Under the pieces are notes generated by a model that searched no databases, had not been told where the DNA came from, and saw only the letters and a program-made list of their open reading frames with translations. The translations under genes and the position numbers were made by a program. From Felis catus (taxonomy: Eukaryota), in NCBI RefSeq assembly GCF_018350175.1, contig NC_058368.1:38938001-39002000 (forward strand): a stretch of DNA of 64,000 nucleotides, read 5' to 3'. Below are positions 38,553-52,736 of the stretch, piece by piece. How positions within the stretch are numbered: the stretch's first letter is position 1; every line of letters begins with the position of its first letter.

Positions 38553-40603
38553 TATAATTGCTCTTGTAATGCTTATCAGATAACAATATCACAGATTGTG
38601 ATTTGGATTCTGATTTATTTATCCTTTAGATCTGCTTACAATGTACTTACAAAGTTTCACTACAATTGATGAAATTGAGCAAATACTTTGCTCACTGGTT
38701 TGTTGTCTCATGGAACTTTTTCTTTCTACCCTCTTTGATTTTTTGCCATTACCAGTCAGGAGAAGAAATGTTGATATAACAGATGAAGGTCAAGAATATA
38801 GAGTAGCCTATCTACTCATCTGCATCTATCTAGTTTTATGACTGCTTGACTCTTTTTTTTTTTTTTTGCTAGCATCTGGAATGTTAAGCACTTGAACTAT
38901 TTCTTGCTAGAATATCATACCTTCCTTCATCACGTAGAGATGGAAAATCTAAGGCAAATATTGTTCTGGTCCATATGAACATATAAATCTATTTTCTTTT
39001 TCCAGACTTACACTTTTCTTTGGTTTTATTTTTCTTCAACATGCAATCTTAATATTTTGAGGCAGAGATTCAGTTACAGGCCTAAAAGGATATTATTGCA
39101 AAAATAAGCGTATTCTAGACCATATACCTTCATACTCAAGCAAGAGAAGTCTTGACATCACATTGCCAATGAACCGGAAAATACTAAGTTTGTCTATGTA
39201 TCTCTTTCATTCGTCTATGATCACCTATCATTGTTTCTAAGGAATAGCTGTCCCAGTGCCTATTCCAGAATAGTAAAATCACTTAGTTACAGTCATATAC
39301 ACATGAAATATGAAAATAATAATATAGGAAAAATGGACATGCTGTCAAAGAATAAGGCAAACTCTGCTACACAGAACGTTGAGTCTAATACAAATCCAAG
39401 AAAGATAGATCATGTTGAAGGAGAAAATTGCTGTCTTGCTCACTGAGGGGGAATGATCAGGAGTTTTAAGGTGGAGTTTGTGATGGTTATGCTCTTTATG
39501 GATTTAAAGTTGACTTCTGCATTGACCAAAGTGAATCCATAGATTTGCACATGGGAGATTAAAACTATTTGTTTTACTTGTTTACTGAACAGGGATACTT
39601 GTATATAAGCTTCAGCTAGTGAGAGAATGAGTTGTAATGAAAACCAGCAGTCAGGTTTCATATCTCTTACGCAAATGCAGTAAGTGAAAAGCATTCCTTT
39701 TAAAATAGATGTCAGTTACTTCACTGGATATAACCTGTCAAACAAGCACATTTCTGAATACATGTTCAAATTTAGATCAGACATTGACCTCCATAATTAT
39801 GCAAATATTTTAAAGCTGTAATTCCAAATAGTTCCAAATACTCCAAGGAATATTTTATTTTAGCATCATAAAGTCCCTCCAGTATTAATGACCATGCCAA
39901 CATCTTGCGTTTCAAACTGCAATATACAGATATGGATTAAAAGTAATTTATTAAGATACGTAATCCCCATATACATTAGGTATTTCTTCTAGCTTCATAT
40001 ATTTCCTCTTATATTCAATAAAATTGCCATGATAGAATATTATGTTTAGAAATGCAACAACATCCACATAGTCATTAAAATTATTTTATTGAAACCATCT
40101 TAAGCAATTCCGAAACAACAGCTAATTGTCTATGTAATTAATGTCCTTAATGAATCTACTTAGTCTTTAATTTCCAATAATGAATAACAAATTTTCAAAC
40201 ATTTGCTCATAATGAAAGTTATTCCCTTGAGTTTATGGCTTCGTGATGAAGGTAGCTAAATCTTTTTAATTCATCCTCTGAGGAAAATAAGTAGTCAATC
40301 TCTGGGGAGACTCACCTGCTAATATGAATTACTTGTATTGACACAATTCCATTTCTCGGCACTATTGTTCTGTAAATTCTCCTTTGTGATTTTTATTATC
40401 ATGAAAAAGTATTCATTGTAAGTCAACAGCCATGCTGAAAACTAAGCTAAATAGAAGGTCAATGAATACCTAAATTTGATGCAATGTTAAATGTCACTTA
40501 TTTTATGCTGGTGAATATACTATATCATGTATTTATTTTGCTTTTATTTTTACAAGATGCAATTTTCCCATTCAGGCTAGATAATTTTAAAAACTTCTGT
40601 TCA

Positions 40604-40817
40604 GGGGCGCCTGGGTGGCGCAGTCGGATAAGCGTCCGACTTCAGCCAGGTCACGATCTCGCGGTCCGGGAGTTCGAGCCCTGCATCAGGCTCTGGGCTG
40701 ATGGCTCGGAGCCTGGAGCCCGTTTCCGATTCTGTGTCTCCCTCTCTCTCTGCCCCTCCCCTGTTCATGCTCTGTCTCTCTCTGTCCCAAAAATAAATAA
40801 ACGTTGAAAAAACAAAC
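40604..40817 (+). mobile_element. Young felid CAN-SINE
   Basis: Perfect TSD aaaacttctgttca. Confidence 0.97.
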
Positions 40818-42063
40818 AAAACTTCTGTTCAACTACAGAACCTATGTTTGAATTATAGTTCTTGATAGTATGAAGAAACAAGGGGCTTGTATCCCTAACA
40901 TGCATACTGTAGTGTAGAACATACTATATTTTCTCACTTCAAAAATCAAACAGTTAATAAAGCAGTAATCTTCTTGAAATAACCAATAATTCCATTCATG
41001 CATTTGAAAAGTCTGGAATTTGTAATACCAAACTACTTATTCCAGGTCAATTAGTTCAACAATCCATATGAAAATTTTGAGTAATACTTAAAAAAATCTG
41101 AGACTTGGCAAAATGGGATGTATGTGCTCTATAAGTTGTTTACATAAAATTACTTTCCAGGTTTCTTATTTGCAAACTATAGATATACTATTTCCTACAG
41201 TTCTCTTGGTGAGATTGTGCTGACAGACAGAAGAGCTCGTTCCATAGCGGCCAGTTAGACTAGAGAACGTTAGAGAATCAGAGTCTAGGTAGGAAGTCAA
41301 AACTAACAACCTTGAGTTTATTGCTTTATGAGTCTATAGGAGATGATATAAATAGTAATTGAAAGCATATGGGTATATACATTAGTAGATAAATTGATGG
41401 ATTTCTTTCAAAATAATTTAACTATTTTCAATGTGATTAACCAATTGAGAAAAAAAGATTTTTACGTATAAGTTGCATAATCAAAGTAATTTATAACTTC
41501 AAGCCAACCTAATAGATTTTAAGATACTAAGGGTGTTAAAATTTTTGTTCATTCTGAAGTGTTTTAGAGAAAAAGCCTTACAGTCTTAGACTAGGAGATC
41601 TGAAAAAGATTTGACTCCTACCCATGGAAGGCTCATTGGATATTTGGAGTAAGGTGGAACCATTGAAGTCAGTATCATAAAAGTTTCTAACATGTGCACA
41701 GAGATGATTAACTGCAGGACTGAGCCAGAAAGTAACTAAATTCTGTGGACTGAGATTGCCACTTAGATGTGATCATAATAGACTTTGTTTAAGACATCTA
41801 CTGAGCAAAGAAACCAGTTTCCAGAGGAATAAAGATTAAATGTTGGCACGTAGAAATAGACAAGCAGCTAGGGAGAGAAATGAGATGGAGAGAAAGAAAG
41901 AAAAGTTTGACAGTGACTTTACAGCTCAGAATGGACTATTACCTTCTATCTCCAAGGGATCCCTCTTTATTCTTTTATATAAATCCACATATTTATTTCC
42001 ATATTAATGATTATATGTCTGTGTCTTTGTAAACTAATAATTCCTTTTTAAAAGAATTTTCCT

Positions 42064-42248
42064 GGGGCACCTGGGTGGCTCAGTTGGTTGAGTGTCCCAA
42101 CTTCAGCTCAGGTCATGATCTTGAGGTTCATGAGTTCAACCTCCAGATTGGGCTCGCTGGTGTCAGTGTGGAGCCTGCTTGGGATTCTATGCCCTTCCCT
42201 GACTTGTGCACTTTCAAAGAAAAACATTAAACAAAACAAAACAAAAAT
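42064..42248 (+). mobile_element. CAN-SINE
   Basis: Head and body clear; short CT tract. Confidence 0.92.
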
Positions 42249-43627
42249 AATTGTTGTATGAATATTAGATACATTATTGGGTTTTGCTCTGCATTTCTCA
42301 CTTCTATCAGTCTCTCTTCCTTTCTCTCTATCTCTGAAATTACCAAATACTATCTAGATTTATTGAGCAGTACCAAGGTTTTACCTTGTTAACATAGTTA
42401 AAAATCAGAGTTCTATATTCTCGTTTGCATGGTGTAATAAATAAAATTAGATATGAATTCAAATATTGAATATCATTTAACTTACCTTTTTTAATAGTTT
42501 ACAATTTTGATATTTAGAATTTGTTTAGAATTGGGGACACGGATGTGAGAAGGGTCCTTTCAAAGTCAATTTCTACTTTTATTTATTAGTAATTACTGGG
42601 ATTTGAATTAATTCAAAAGTATAAAATATGATATAGATTTCACATGAACAAATTAAAAGATACAGCCAACTTTACCATGTTTTTTAATGCTGCTTGAAAA
42701 TTTGAAAGTGAAACAAATGGTGAAATACAGATTTACAAATGTGGATATCATGTATGTGAATATTTCACTTTGGACTCTGGATATTGGTTCCATTAAACTT
42801 TTACTGTGGTCAAACCAAAGTTACAATCTGAGAAAGACTACTGGGTGTGTAGGGAGTTTGTCTGGAAGAATCTGTAGAGTCCACATGCTATCATTTTATT
42901 CATAGTCTTTGCTTCTGGAAATAAAAAGCCTTAACTTCAGTTTCTAATGTGCTATAGAATTCCCATGAGAACATTACAAAAAATAAATTAACCTTTGCTA
43001 ATTTTCTTTTTTTCCATCATAAGTTGGATAGCATGCACACAGGAAGAAACTGATTCCAAACAAAACACTTAGACTATCTCTATAGTGTTTTTAGAAACAT
43101 TTTTTAACAATTGGAACTAAAATTAATGAAGAACTTTCTCTTTCTCTCTAAGAATATTCTGTCCTTCCTAAGTTGGTAATTTTTATTCAGATGATATTGC
43201 ATTTTGATTTTTTTCTACTTTCCCCAAAATGGAGATTGATTTTTGTTTGGCTGAAAAAATAGCATATGATTCTAAAGTATAACCTTAACTTGTTATTTTG
43301 ATATGAAGAATACCTTATGTTGCATAAGAGCTATTTTTGTTGTTCCATCTATTCAGAGACAATTTTCGTTAGTAGTAAAAATAGCTCAGGATAAACCAAG
43401 TACAAAACGTAGTTTTTTTTTTTCCCCAAAAATTTAAAGTCCTTATTAATAAGGAAAAAAAAAAGACAAAAGGTTGTTATTGAAATCTTAGGTACATACT
43501 TATGTTTATACTAATGTCCTTTAATTACAAGGTGCCTCAAATGACACAAAAAGACATTTATTTTCAAAGGACATGATAAGGTAAAAGAAGGAAAAGAACG
43601 TCTTAGATTTATTTAGCATAGTCACAG

Positions 43628-43760
43628 CATTCATTTCATTCATTTATTCCCATTCATCCAGTCATTCAGTCAAATTTTCATTGAATAACTATCATGTTCC
43701 AGGAAATGTGGTAAATGCTGGAGATATAGTACCATGAAATAACCAGCCCTCATAAACAGA
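43628..43760 (-). mobile_element. L2 3' tip
   Basis: cattcatttcattcatttattc...ttgaataactatcatgttccagg...aatgctggagatatag. Confidence 0.75.
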
Positions 43761-46242
43761 CCAGACTTTCAAGTTAGTACTTGATTGAGGATTCTGAAAA
43801 CAAGAAGAGGATAAGGGGGAACAAGTAACTTACTGTCCTATGTATTCATTGGCAGGCATGGGGGCTACATAACTTTTCACTGATGATGCCTCTGTGATGA
43901 CAACAAAAACATGCCAAGACTAAGCTAAGGACATTTGTGCTATAGACAGAAGTGGGAATGCTGGGTCCTAGATGACAAAAAAGGATGTTTTTGGGAATTA
44001 TGTACTTACTGCAAAAATAGAAGACATGTTTTTTAAAATATTCAGTTTTATACAATAGAAATTCAAGAGTCAAGAGTTAAAAACACCTATAACACTAGAA
44101 ACTACTGATAATGTTATTTAGAAACATTCAAACACACGTTAAACCGCATTTAAAACACCATCAAAACTATGTTTTTAAAGAGTTTTTATCAGTGATGGAT
44201 TTCAAATTCAGATATAGATAATGCTACATAAGATAAATATTTCAAAGGCCATGTTTTATTTCCCTCCCTTCCCCTCCACTGCCCTCCCCTCCTCTCCCCT
44301 CGCCTCCTCCTTCTTGCCTCCCCTCCCCTTCCATTCCCATCCTGTCCTATTGTAATTTTGAGAGCTCAGCTAATCTTTCCATGCCATCACAATAGACATA
44401 CAGCTTGATTCTGAAACAGTAGTCAGACAGTCAGTCAGTAGTCATGGATGCTAGAATTTTATGAATAATGAAAACAAATCTGACTTTTATAATCTTAGGA
44501 TATCTTAATGGATTTTGGTATCTTGCATTAACTTTTGAGTAGGATGTGTCAGGTTTCAATATCAGATAAAAAGAATACTGTTTGATAAATGCTACGAAAA
44601 AAGTTCCCCTTTCTTTTTCAAGTAATTGTTTAATTTCCTTCCAAGGTTTCATAGCTTCACCATGACAATCCACAGCCAAAAATAAGTGGCCAGGGCATCA
44701 CCAAAAAACAGTATAAAAATGAGCTTGTCTATTGGGACATGATTAAAGTTTCAACAAGGGTATCTTATTTTGTTGAAAGTCATTGACATTTAGTGACATG
44801 TGACATAATGATATGCTCCCAAATAGTGTAAAAGTTGCCAGATAAGTCTGGGTAATTGTAACATCTTGTAGCCATGATATATGCTCTACTCCAAGTCTAT
44901 TATAATTGGGAAATACTATCAAGAAGGAGGTAAGCTTTGCACAGTGGCAGTAGCATAGCCAAAGTGGTTTATCCAAGGTGAGATTATTGCTAAAAGAAAG
45001 AGGTAATATATTGTGAACTGTGTGCACTGAGATCTAATTCTTAATTTTGAGGAATTGAATTCACATTACCATTATGAAATTTTGATAATTAAACAAAGTA
45101 ATTTACTTATAAGTAAACTGCAAATGAAATAAATTGAATGCCAGCATTAAAACTGTATCAAATATTATTAAATGTACAGTTGGGAGAATATTTGTATTTA
45201 AAATAACCACATAAATTTTGTTCACAATTTTATATTTTGTAGTATAACTCATTACATTTGTTTTGGAATTCAGTAGTTTGACTCACATTTATGTGTGCTT
45301 CATTATTTTAAGAGGCAATTCTTGAAACATTTTTATGGAAATCAAGTTTTATATACTAAATAATATTAAAACAATTATATATTAGGATAAAACAGCATAT
45401 GTTATTTTTCTTTTATAAAGCAACATATTCTTTCATTTCAGTATCAAAAATCCCTGAGAATAGAGTGAAATAGCATTCTTTAAAAAGTAGAATATAACCC
45501 CTTAGTGTTGAATGGAATCTAAGTATTTTAGATTAGATTTACAACTGTAAGAATGTTTTTTCTTATATATCATCCATTTCTGTAAATTAACAGGCTTTCT
45601 TAATTTAGAAATTATGACATCCTTTTAATTGTGTTTTGTTATACAATACTTCTACAAATTCAATGCAATATAGAATGAGTGGAAATTAATATGGAGAAAA
45701 ATACATCTTAGTTACAGATTCTGCCAGTGATAGCTTAGAGGGTCAAATACTGATAAAAGACATATATTCCTAAAAAAAAAAAAAACTGCTTTATCCAATC
45801 TGCCTGAACTAATATTCATATGGTCTTCATTTCTCTCAAAGGGTTATTAACATTTTAAATGATTGTAGATTTAATTTTAACAGGAGAGCAGTGTGTAATT
45901 AAAATTTAAAATGCATTATTAATTCTAATTAGGTTTGTGGTGATCTTTATTTTATAGACGATAATGCCATTTTAAAAGACACTGCTTCCAAATATAAATA
46001 AAGCAAGCGTTTCAGACATATTGTAAAGTCAAATCCCTATCTGTATCATCTATCTTCAAGGAAGAGGAGATATGTTTTAAACACAAAGCACTGCAGATAA
46101 AGTAGGAGTGTGATACTAACTCATTTGTAATCAGAAGACTAGACCAAATATTAACTTAGAAAAAGAGATTGACTCTTCCGAAGCAAAACTTTTTTTTAAA
46201 GGTCAAGTAGAATGGTCACTTTCATGAGAGCTCTTTCTCTCT

Positions 46243-46421
46243 CTTTTTTTAAATTTTTATTTTTTCAAAACATTTATTTTTGAGAGAGGGAGACAGAGCA
46301 CCAGCAGGAAAGGGGTAGAGAGCAAGGGAGAAACAGTAGCCAAAGCAGGTTCTAGGCTCTGAGCTGTCAGCACAGAGCCCAATGCAAGCCTTGAACCCAT
46401 GAACCATGACACCGTGACCTG
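46243..46421 (-). mobile_element. 5'-truncated CAN-SINE
   Basis: ggctctgagctgtcagcacagagccc...gtgacctg; head missing. Confidence 0.88.
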
Positions 46422-47159
46422 GTTTGCTTAAAAGCAAACTTTTAATAAAAACTAGAACATAGATATTTAGTTTTGCCCTAAAGGCACTATTGCCCACATC
46501 TCATTTATATTAAGTGATTACTAAAAATTGCATATAATATGCATAAATAAGCAATTTCATACACCATTAATATATCCTTATGCAAAATATTATGATTGTA
46601 TACATTTATTATTTTAAAATGAGTACTTTTTAGACACTTTGAGATTTTATTACCAGAGATTAAAATGCTTTATTCTTTCTGGATTTACACAAAAATCATA
46701 AATATCATTATCAGTTCACATGATCCATAATTTATAATCCGTCTGTACTTTAAACTCTCAAAATTTCTTGTTTATTTGAAGATTGTTATTTAATTAAAGA
46801 AAATCTTCATTGTATTCTTTTAGAGGCCATATTGGTAAACATTCTGAAATTTTTCACTATGAAAGAATTTTCCTTGGTTATCATATCATCCACTACATTA
46901 AGTAATATTTGGTATGTTTTTTTTTCCTCAAGCATAGGAAAATATATTTATTTATTCACATAAAGATAGTTATCCTGCATCTCATCTAATTTTCATGTAA
47001 GCATAATTCCATTTTTGAGCCAGTGTCTACATTAAATGCAGGACTTACAACATCAGAAGAAAACACTCATGCCCAATACTTCTCAGTTCTTAGTGTGAAT
47101 TAAAAATAATTACGTAGACAGCAAACTACTCTTACTCTTCTTTTTGGAGGGGGTGTTAA

Positions 47160-47420
47160 GAAACAAAACAGGTAAACATAAGGGAAGGGGGAAAAAAAAG
47201 GAAAGCAAAACCGTAAGAGACTTATAGAAAACAAACTGAGGGTTGCTGGAGGGGGGGGGTTGGGAAGGGAGTGGGCTAAATGGGTGATGGGCATTAAGGA
47301 GGGCTCTTGTGATGAGTGCTAGGTGTTTTATGTAAGTAATGAATCACTAAATTCTACTCCTGAAATCAATATTACACTATATATTAACCAACTAGAATTT
47401 AAATAAAAATTTGAAAACAA
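47160..47420 (+). mobile_element. Carnivore L1 3' UTR fragment
   Basis: aacaaactgagggttgctgg...gggcattaaggaggg...gaatcactaaattctactcctgaaa. Confidence 0.9.
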
Positions 47421-47569
47421 GATACATTCTGAGTACTTATGTATGATGCAATGTGAAACATAAATCTGTTACTAATAAAAGGGACTGAATGATCATTTTC
47501 TCATAAAAAATACTTTTAAATTGGAAAATGCACTTGTTTTGGAAAATGTTACTGATTCTTTCCATCAAA

Positions 47570-47920
47570 CTTGATGTGGCTTCCTTCTTCACTTTGCTCA
47601 GTTCTGTTTTCAAATACTTCTATTTCAGTGAGAACTTTTCTCTCCTTTGCACATAAAATATCCTTGTCCCATCACTTAACACTTCCTTAATACACTTCAT
47701 CTTTAATTCTTAGAAATTTTAATTGTCTCACAATTCCTTCCATACTTATTTGCTCCTAGGAACTTTTTCTCTTACTGATAGGAATGTAAACTCCGTAAAA
47801 TAAAGACTATGTGCCTAGTCTGCATCTCTCTCCCTACTTAAATGATTAGTTGGCACATAGCAAACAATCAGCTCACATATGTGAATGCATAAATAGTTGA
47901 AGTGAATGTAGACGAATGTA
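47570..47920 (+). mobile_element. L2 3' fragment
   Basis: tggcttccttcttcactt...gaatgtaaactcc...tggcacatag...gtgaatg. Confidence 0.6.
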
Positions 47921-48184
47921 AGCACTTACTCATAAAATTTTAATCCAATGACAGTAGTTTCAGTAATCCTTTGCATTTTAGCATCTTTAGTATAATTTTC
48001 CCAGGAGAAATTGACAAGCTGAATGTTAGGCACGTTTAATATGACCTTCAAGAGTAACATCTGATTGGCAATATCTACTATCATTTGGATGTATGAGTAT
48101 GAATAAAAGGAATGGCGTCTATGCCAGTGAGACCGATTTGGAAATTACTATACTAGAAAGATTAATTGAAACTAAAGGAGTTGA

Positions 48185-48366
48185 GGGGCACCTGGGTGGC
48201 TCAGTGGGCTAAGCATCTAACTCTTGATTTTAGCTCAGGTCATGATCTGATGGCTTGTGGTATCCAGCCTTATGTCAGACTCTGTGCTGACAACACGGGG
48301 ATTATTTCTCTCTCTCTCCCTCTCTTTCTGCCCACCCCCTCAAAATAAATAAAAACAAAAAACAAA
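48185..48366 (+). mobile_element. CAN-SINE
   Basis: TSD gaaactaaaggagttg / gaaactaaaggaattg. Confidence 0.93.
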
Positions 48367-50477
48367 AGAAACTAAAGGAATTGGTATGACTGCCAGGGAG
48401 ATTATATAAAATAAGAAGAAAGAATATAGACAATGTTAAAGAACACCAATATGTGTGTTGTTGACAGAAGAGAGGAGAATGAGGGGTTGATTCATCCTGT
48501 CCATGGAATTTTCTGCAGGATGGGAGCTCCCCACACTTTCTGCTGCCAGGAGCCAAAAGGTAGCCACCATGCCTTTCTTGTTCCTCTACTATCAAATCCA
48601 GAGACTTAAATGCTTCTTCTGCCAATGAGAAGAAATAACGAAGTTGAAAAACTATTAGGGGCCATTATTATGTAAATCAAAGAGGGAGACTTTTTCAGGA
48701 AGAAAGGGTGATCAAATATTGTGGAGAAATGGCAAAGTCAGAAAATTGTTTCTTGATTGTTAAAATACTAATTGGTTAAAATTAGGACAGGAGCCATTTT
48801 TCCTTTATGTCATTTTTTTCCCAAGTTGGTCCTGTTGGTGTGACTGTATGTTATGTATCTCTTTCATGCATGTTCTCTTTAAATCATTTCTCTTACCAAT
48901 GAGCTGGTTGATACCGGTTCTGGTGAAAACAAACCCAAAATCCATGATCCTCCTGTGCCCTCCTTTTTATAATAATTTCAGTTATTTTGCCTTTTCTGGG
49001 TTTAGACATTTACAGAAATTCTGAAGGGCTAGAGGAAAAGTTACATTAAGTAGAAGGAAGAGTATATCTATTTTGCTAGATTTAATTGTACCTTGAACTT
49101 GCTAAATTCTTCCCTCCTTTTATTTCACTTACCAGCCTTCATAAGACTTTCTCCTGTGCAGAGACTAAGGTCCACTTTCCTTTTGCCCTGGGAGTACAAT
49201 CCTGTTCCTAAATTCCAACTGCTTCACTATTGCATACAGTGAGCAGACCAGCCTGTTTCTTTTCCCATTCTCCCTCATTCAATTCTGTTAAACAAAGAGT
49301 TTATTTTCATGTTAGGTATTGTCTAATGTTATGTGGGTTTTTTGTTTGTTTGTTTGTTTGTTTGTTTAGTTCAAATTCATCTGAATCATGAGAGACATGA
49401 TGTGGGTCCAACAGAGAAGACTGAGTTCACAGCATACTACCTGGAAACAGTATTAAAATAATTTCAATATTTAAGAAAAATATGAATTTATTTTATAGCA
49501 GACTTCTCTCTCCTCATTCTGTAAATGAAAAATGTACTGTCATTTGGCTTCATCATTTTCCTCCCTCTCCTCTTTCCCTCCTCTCCTCACCATGAATGCT
49601 TCCCTTTATTATATACACTTGTGCTTAAATATTCCTAGGACAAAGAACTCTTTCTAAAATAACAAAAAGAAAATATGTTTGGAGGCAAGCTGCTGTGATA
49701 ATACCAGTCGAGAGCATAGGTACTAATGACCATTATAACACCAGTGGAATCCACAAACCCAAAAGACATCAATAATCTTTATTTACAATGTGCACTAATT
49801 GCAGAGTATATTTGAAAAGCACAGAGCATGTTAAATTCTGCTTGGGTGTCAGCTAGAATATGAGAGATACTACTGGTCATTTGGAGTAATAGAGGAAGCA
49901 GAGGGCACGAGGATACAGAATAACCTGGATACCAGTCCTCAAAATACTCTTTGGGGAATCTCAGTGTTGTTTGTATGACATTTAAGTAAGGCTTGCATTT
50001 CCACAGAAAGTGGATCAAAGAGTGAACAAATATCTTTTTTGTCAGCAATTGTTCTTATTGACCTAAGAATGGTATACTCTTAGACAGCTTTGTTACATCT
50101 AAATCAGTTAGAGTGTTGGATGTGTTGGGATAGGGGCAACCATATTTAGAGGTAAATACAACCATTTATATAAGCTGCTTACACACACACACACACACAA
50201 AGATTTTCTTCGTGATATTTATCTTTCTTAAGTTTCATACTTTTATAACATTATTATTTTTTCCACTTGCAGGTATGAGAACCACTGTTTAGGTTAATAA
50301 CCTTTTTTTTTTCTGTTACCAAAATTACTAAAAAATCCTGTTTTAATAAAATTTTTAAACCAGAAAATATATGTAATATATATACAAATAAACAAATATA
50401 TCCCAAAATATAAACAAGTAAACAAACGATAGATGTTACTGTAGAGCACAATGAAATAAATCTTAAGAAGTTCCCAA

Positions 50478-50686
50478 GGGGCGCCTGGGTGGCTCATTTG
50501 GTTGAGCATCCTACTTCCGCTCAGATCTCTCAGTTTGTGAGTTCAAGCCCACATTGGACTCTGTGCTGACAGCTCAGAGCCTGGAGCCTGCTTCAGATTG
50601 TGTCTCCCCCTCTCTCTGCCCCTCCCATGCTCATGCTCTGTTTCTCTCTGTCTCTCAATAATAAATAAACGTTAAAAAAAAAGTAA

Positions 50687-50769
<83 letters not shown>

Positions 50770-50774
50770 GAAAA
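50478..50774 (+). mobile_element. CAN-SINE with (GAAA)n-expanded tail
   Basis: TSD aagaagttccca; (GAAA)n at ~50686-50768. Confidence 0.95.
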
Positions 50775-50792
50775 AAGAAGTTCCCAGAAAGC

Positions 50793-51002
50793 AGGCACCA
50801 GGATGACTCAGTCCCCTCAGGTCAGGATCTCACGACTTGACTTGGTTCCTGCATTTAAGCCACATTGGTTCCTGTGCGCTGTTAGTGCAGAGCCTGCTTC
50901 AGATCCTCAGTCCCTCCCTCTCTCCCCTGCTCATGCTCTCTGTCTCTCAAAAATAAATAAAACATTTAAAAAAGAAGTCTCCCTGCACCAAAAAAAAAAA
51001 AA
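50793..51002 (+). mobile_element. Degraded CAN-SINE
   Basis: TSD tcccagaaagca (50782-50793 / 51003-51014). Confidence 0.85.
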
Positions 51003-51075
51003 TCCCAGAAAGCATGTGACATACAGTGCACATTGAGATCAGTAAAGGGCATGTTGTTGCATAGTTGGCAATGTC

Positions 51076-51288
51076 TTTTTTTTTTTTTTTAAGTTTATTT
51101 ATTTTGAGCGAGTCAGAGAGCGCATGAGTTGCGGAGGGTGAGAGAGAGAGCAAGAGACAGAATCCCAAGCAGGCTCCTTTCTGTCAGTGCAGAGCCCAAC
51201 ATGGGGCTTGAACCCATGAACTGTGAGATCATGACCTGAGCCAAAACCAAGAGTCCCCTGCTTAACTGACGGAGCCATCCAGGCACCC
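51076..51288 (-). mobile_element. CAN-SINE
   Basis: TSD gcatagttggcaatgtct / gcatagttcacaatgtct. Confidence 0.93.
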
Positions 51289-52530
51289 GCATAGTTCACA
51301 ATGTCTAAACAAGCTATCGTGCTCACAGTAGTCATAAGAGTTAACTCTGAATGTTGAACCAAAATAAAACATATTCTCCTCACAAATGTTGTGGCATATA
51401 TGTATATTTTTCATTGATATTGTTTGATATTTTTTGATAGTGACTGAGCCATCCAGGCACCCCAATAGAGACATATTTAACAAGACATTTGTAGACTCTG
51501 AATATGTGCATAATGGAGGAAGTGGGTGTTATACTAGAATGTATAGAAAGGGCACCTAACATAATTTGGGGGCTTGGGAATTTATTCCCAGTATATATAA
51601 TGTCTACCTTGATCATGAAATGTACATCATAGTTTGTCGGGTGATGACTGAAGTTCGGGAGGACCAAATCTGATATGAAAAAAGTGGAAGCAAGAGAGCA
51701 GATTAAGGTCAGGCAATTTAAAAAATGTTGTCATGGCCAATAAAATGAGACAATAATATCCCTTCTGGAAGCACAGGAGGGACCACATGTATTTTAAAGC
51801 ATAATACAGAAAAAAATACTCATTAGAACAATAGAATTTCAAGACATAAGAATCATGAACTGTTGAGAATTTTAGATAGTTATATCTAATTTTCATAGCA
51901 TATTCACGTATTCAGAATGTTTCATGTCAGTGTAACAAACTCCATTCTTATTATAAAAAGGATTTTCAATGTCAAAGAACGTTCTCCTGATGAAGTTGAT
52001 AAAGGTGAGCAAAAGTTTTGCAGTTAATCTAAACCTACTTTTATAAAAAAAAGTCAATGTATAGTCATAATCTGTAGTCTTTATTCATTAGCTATACTTT
52101 TTATATAGCAACATTTTCACAGATTATAAATTAACTGTACACATTGAATTAAGTTCTTTGCAGAAATGAGGTACACTTTTTTTTTTAATGAGTCATGAAG
52201 ATATTTTCAGGTCACTTGTAGATGTGTGGTTTGTTTTTGGTTTGCAATTGGGATGACAAAGCTAAGATTTTGATTTTAAATGTTTTAGAAACTACTCATT
52301 TTATATTTTTATATTTTTATAATCTTCCAAATTTTCTTATTATAAATGGTGAACTGGACAAGTGTTTTAAGTCTGCTTTTGCTAACCCTACCAAAATGAT
52401 ACATTAATCTTGCAAAGGCTTTTATCACAAGGAGATGAAAGCATTAAAAAACTGAGGTTGAGGAAAAAAAATGTTGAACCCAATGACAGAGTGAGAGTCC
52501 TGAAAATCAACTATTTTTCCCCTCAGGAAC

Positions 52531-52736
52531 TTTTTTTTTTTTTTTTTTTTTTAATTTTTGGGACAGAGAGAGACAGAGCATGAACGGGGAGGGGCAGAGA
52601 GAGAGGGAGACACAGAATCAGAAACAGGCTCCAAGCCATCAGCCCAGAGCCTGACGCGGGGCTCGAACTCCCGGACCGCGAGATCGTGACCTGGCTGAAG
52701 TCGGACGCTTAACTGACTGCGCCACCCAGGCGCCCC
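52531..52736 (-). mobile_element. Young felid CAN-SINE
   Basis: Perfect TSD tcccctcaggaac; long pure T tail; small internal deletion. Confidence 0.97.

Noticed and set aside
40315..40470. Minus-strand exon-like segment with a CAG|GTGAGT donor
   Set aside because: Stops in all three frames and no partner exons identified.
38325..40819. ORFs of 114 aa (38325) and 107 aa (40484)
   Set aside because: Largely read through SINE sequence.
42529..42930. NWGHGCEKGPF resembling a flavivirus fusion loop or protease motif, plus a nearby Cys/Trp-rich frame
   Set aside because: Match is only a few residues, and stop density is about what chance predicts.
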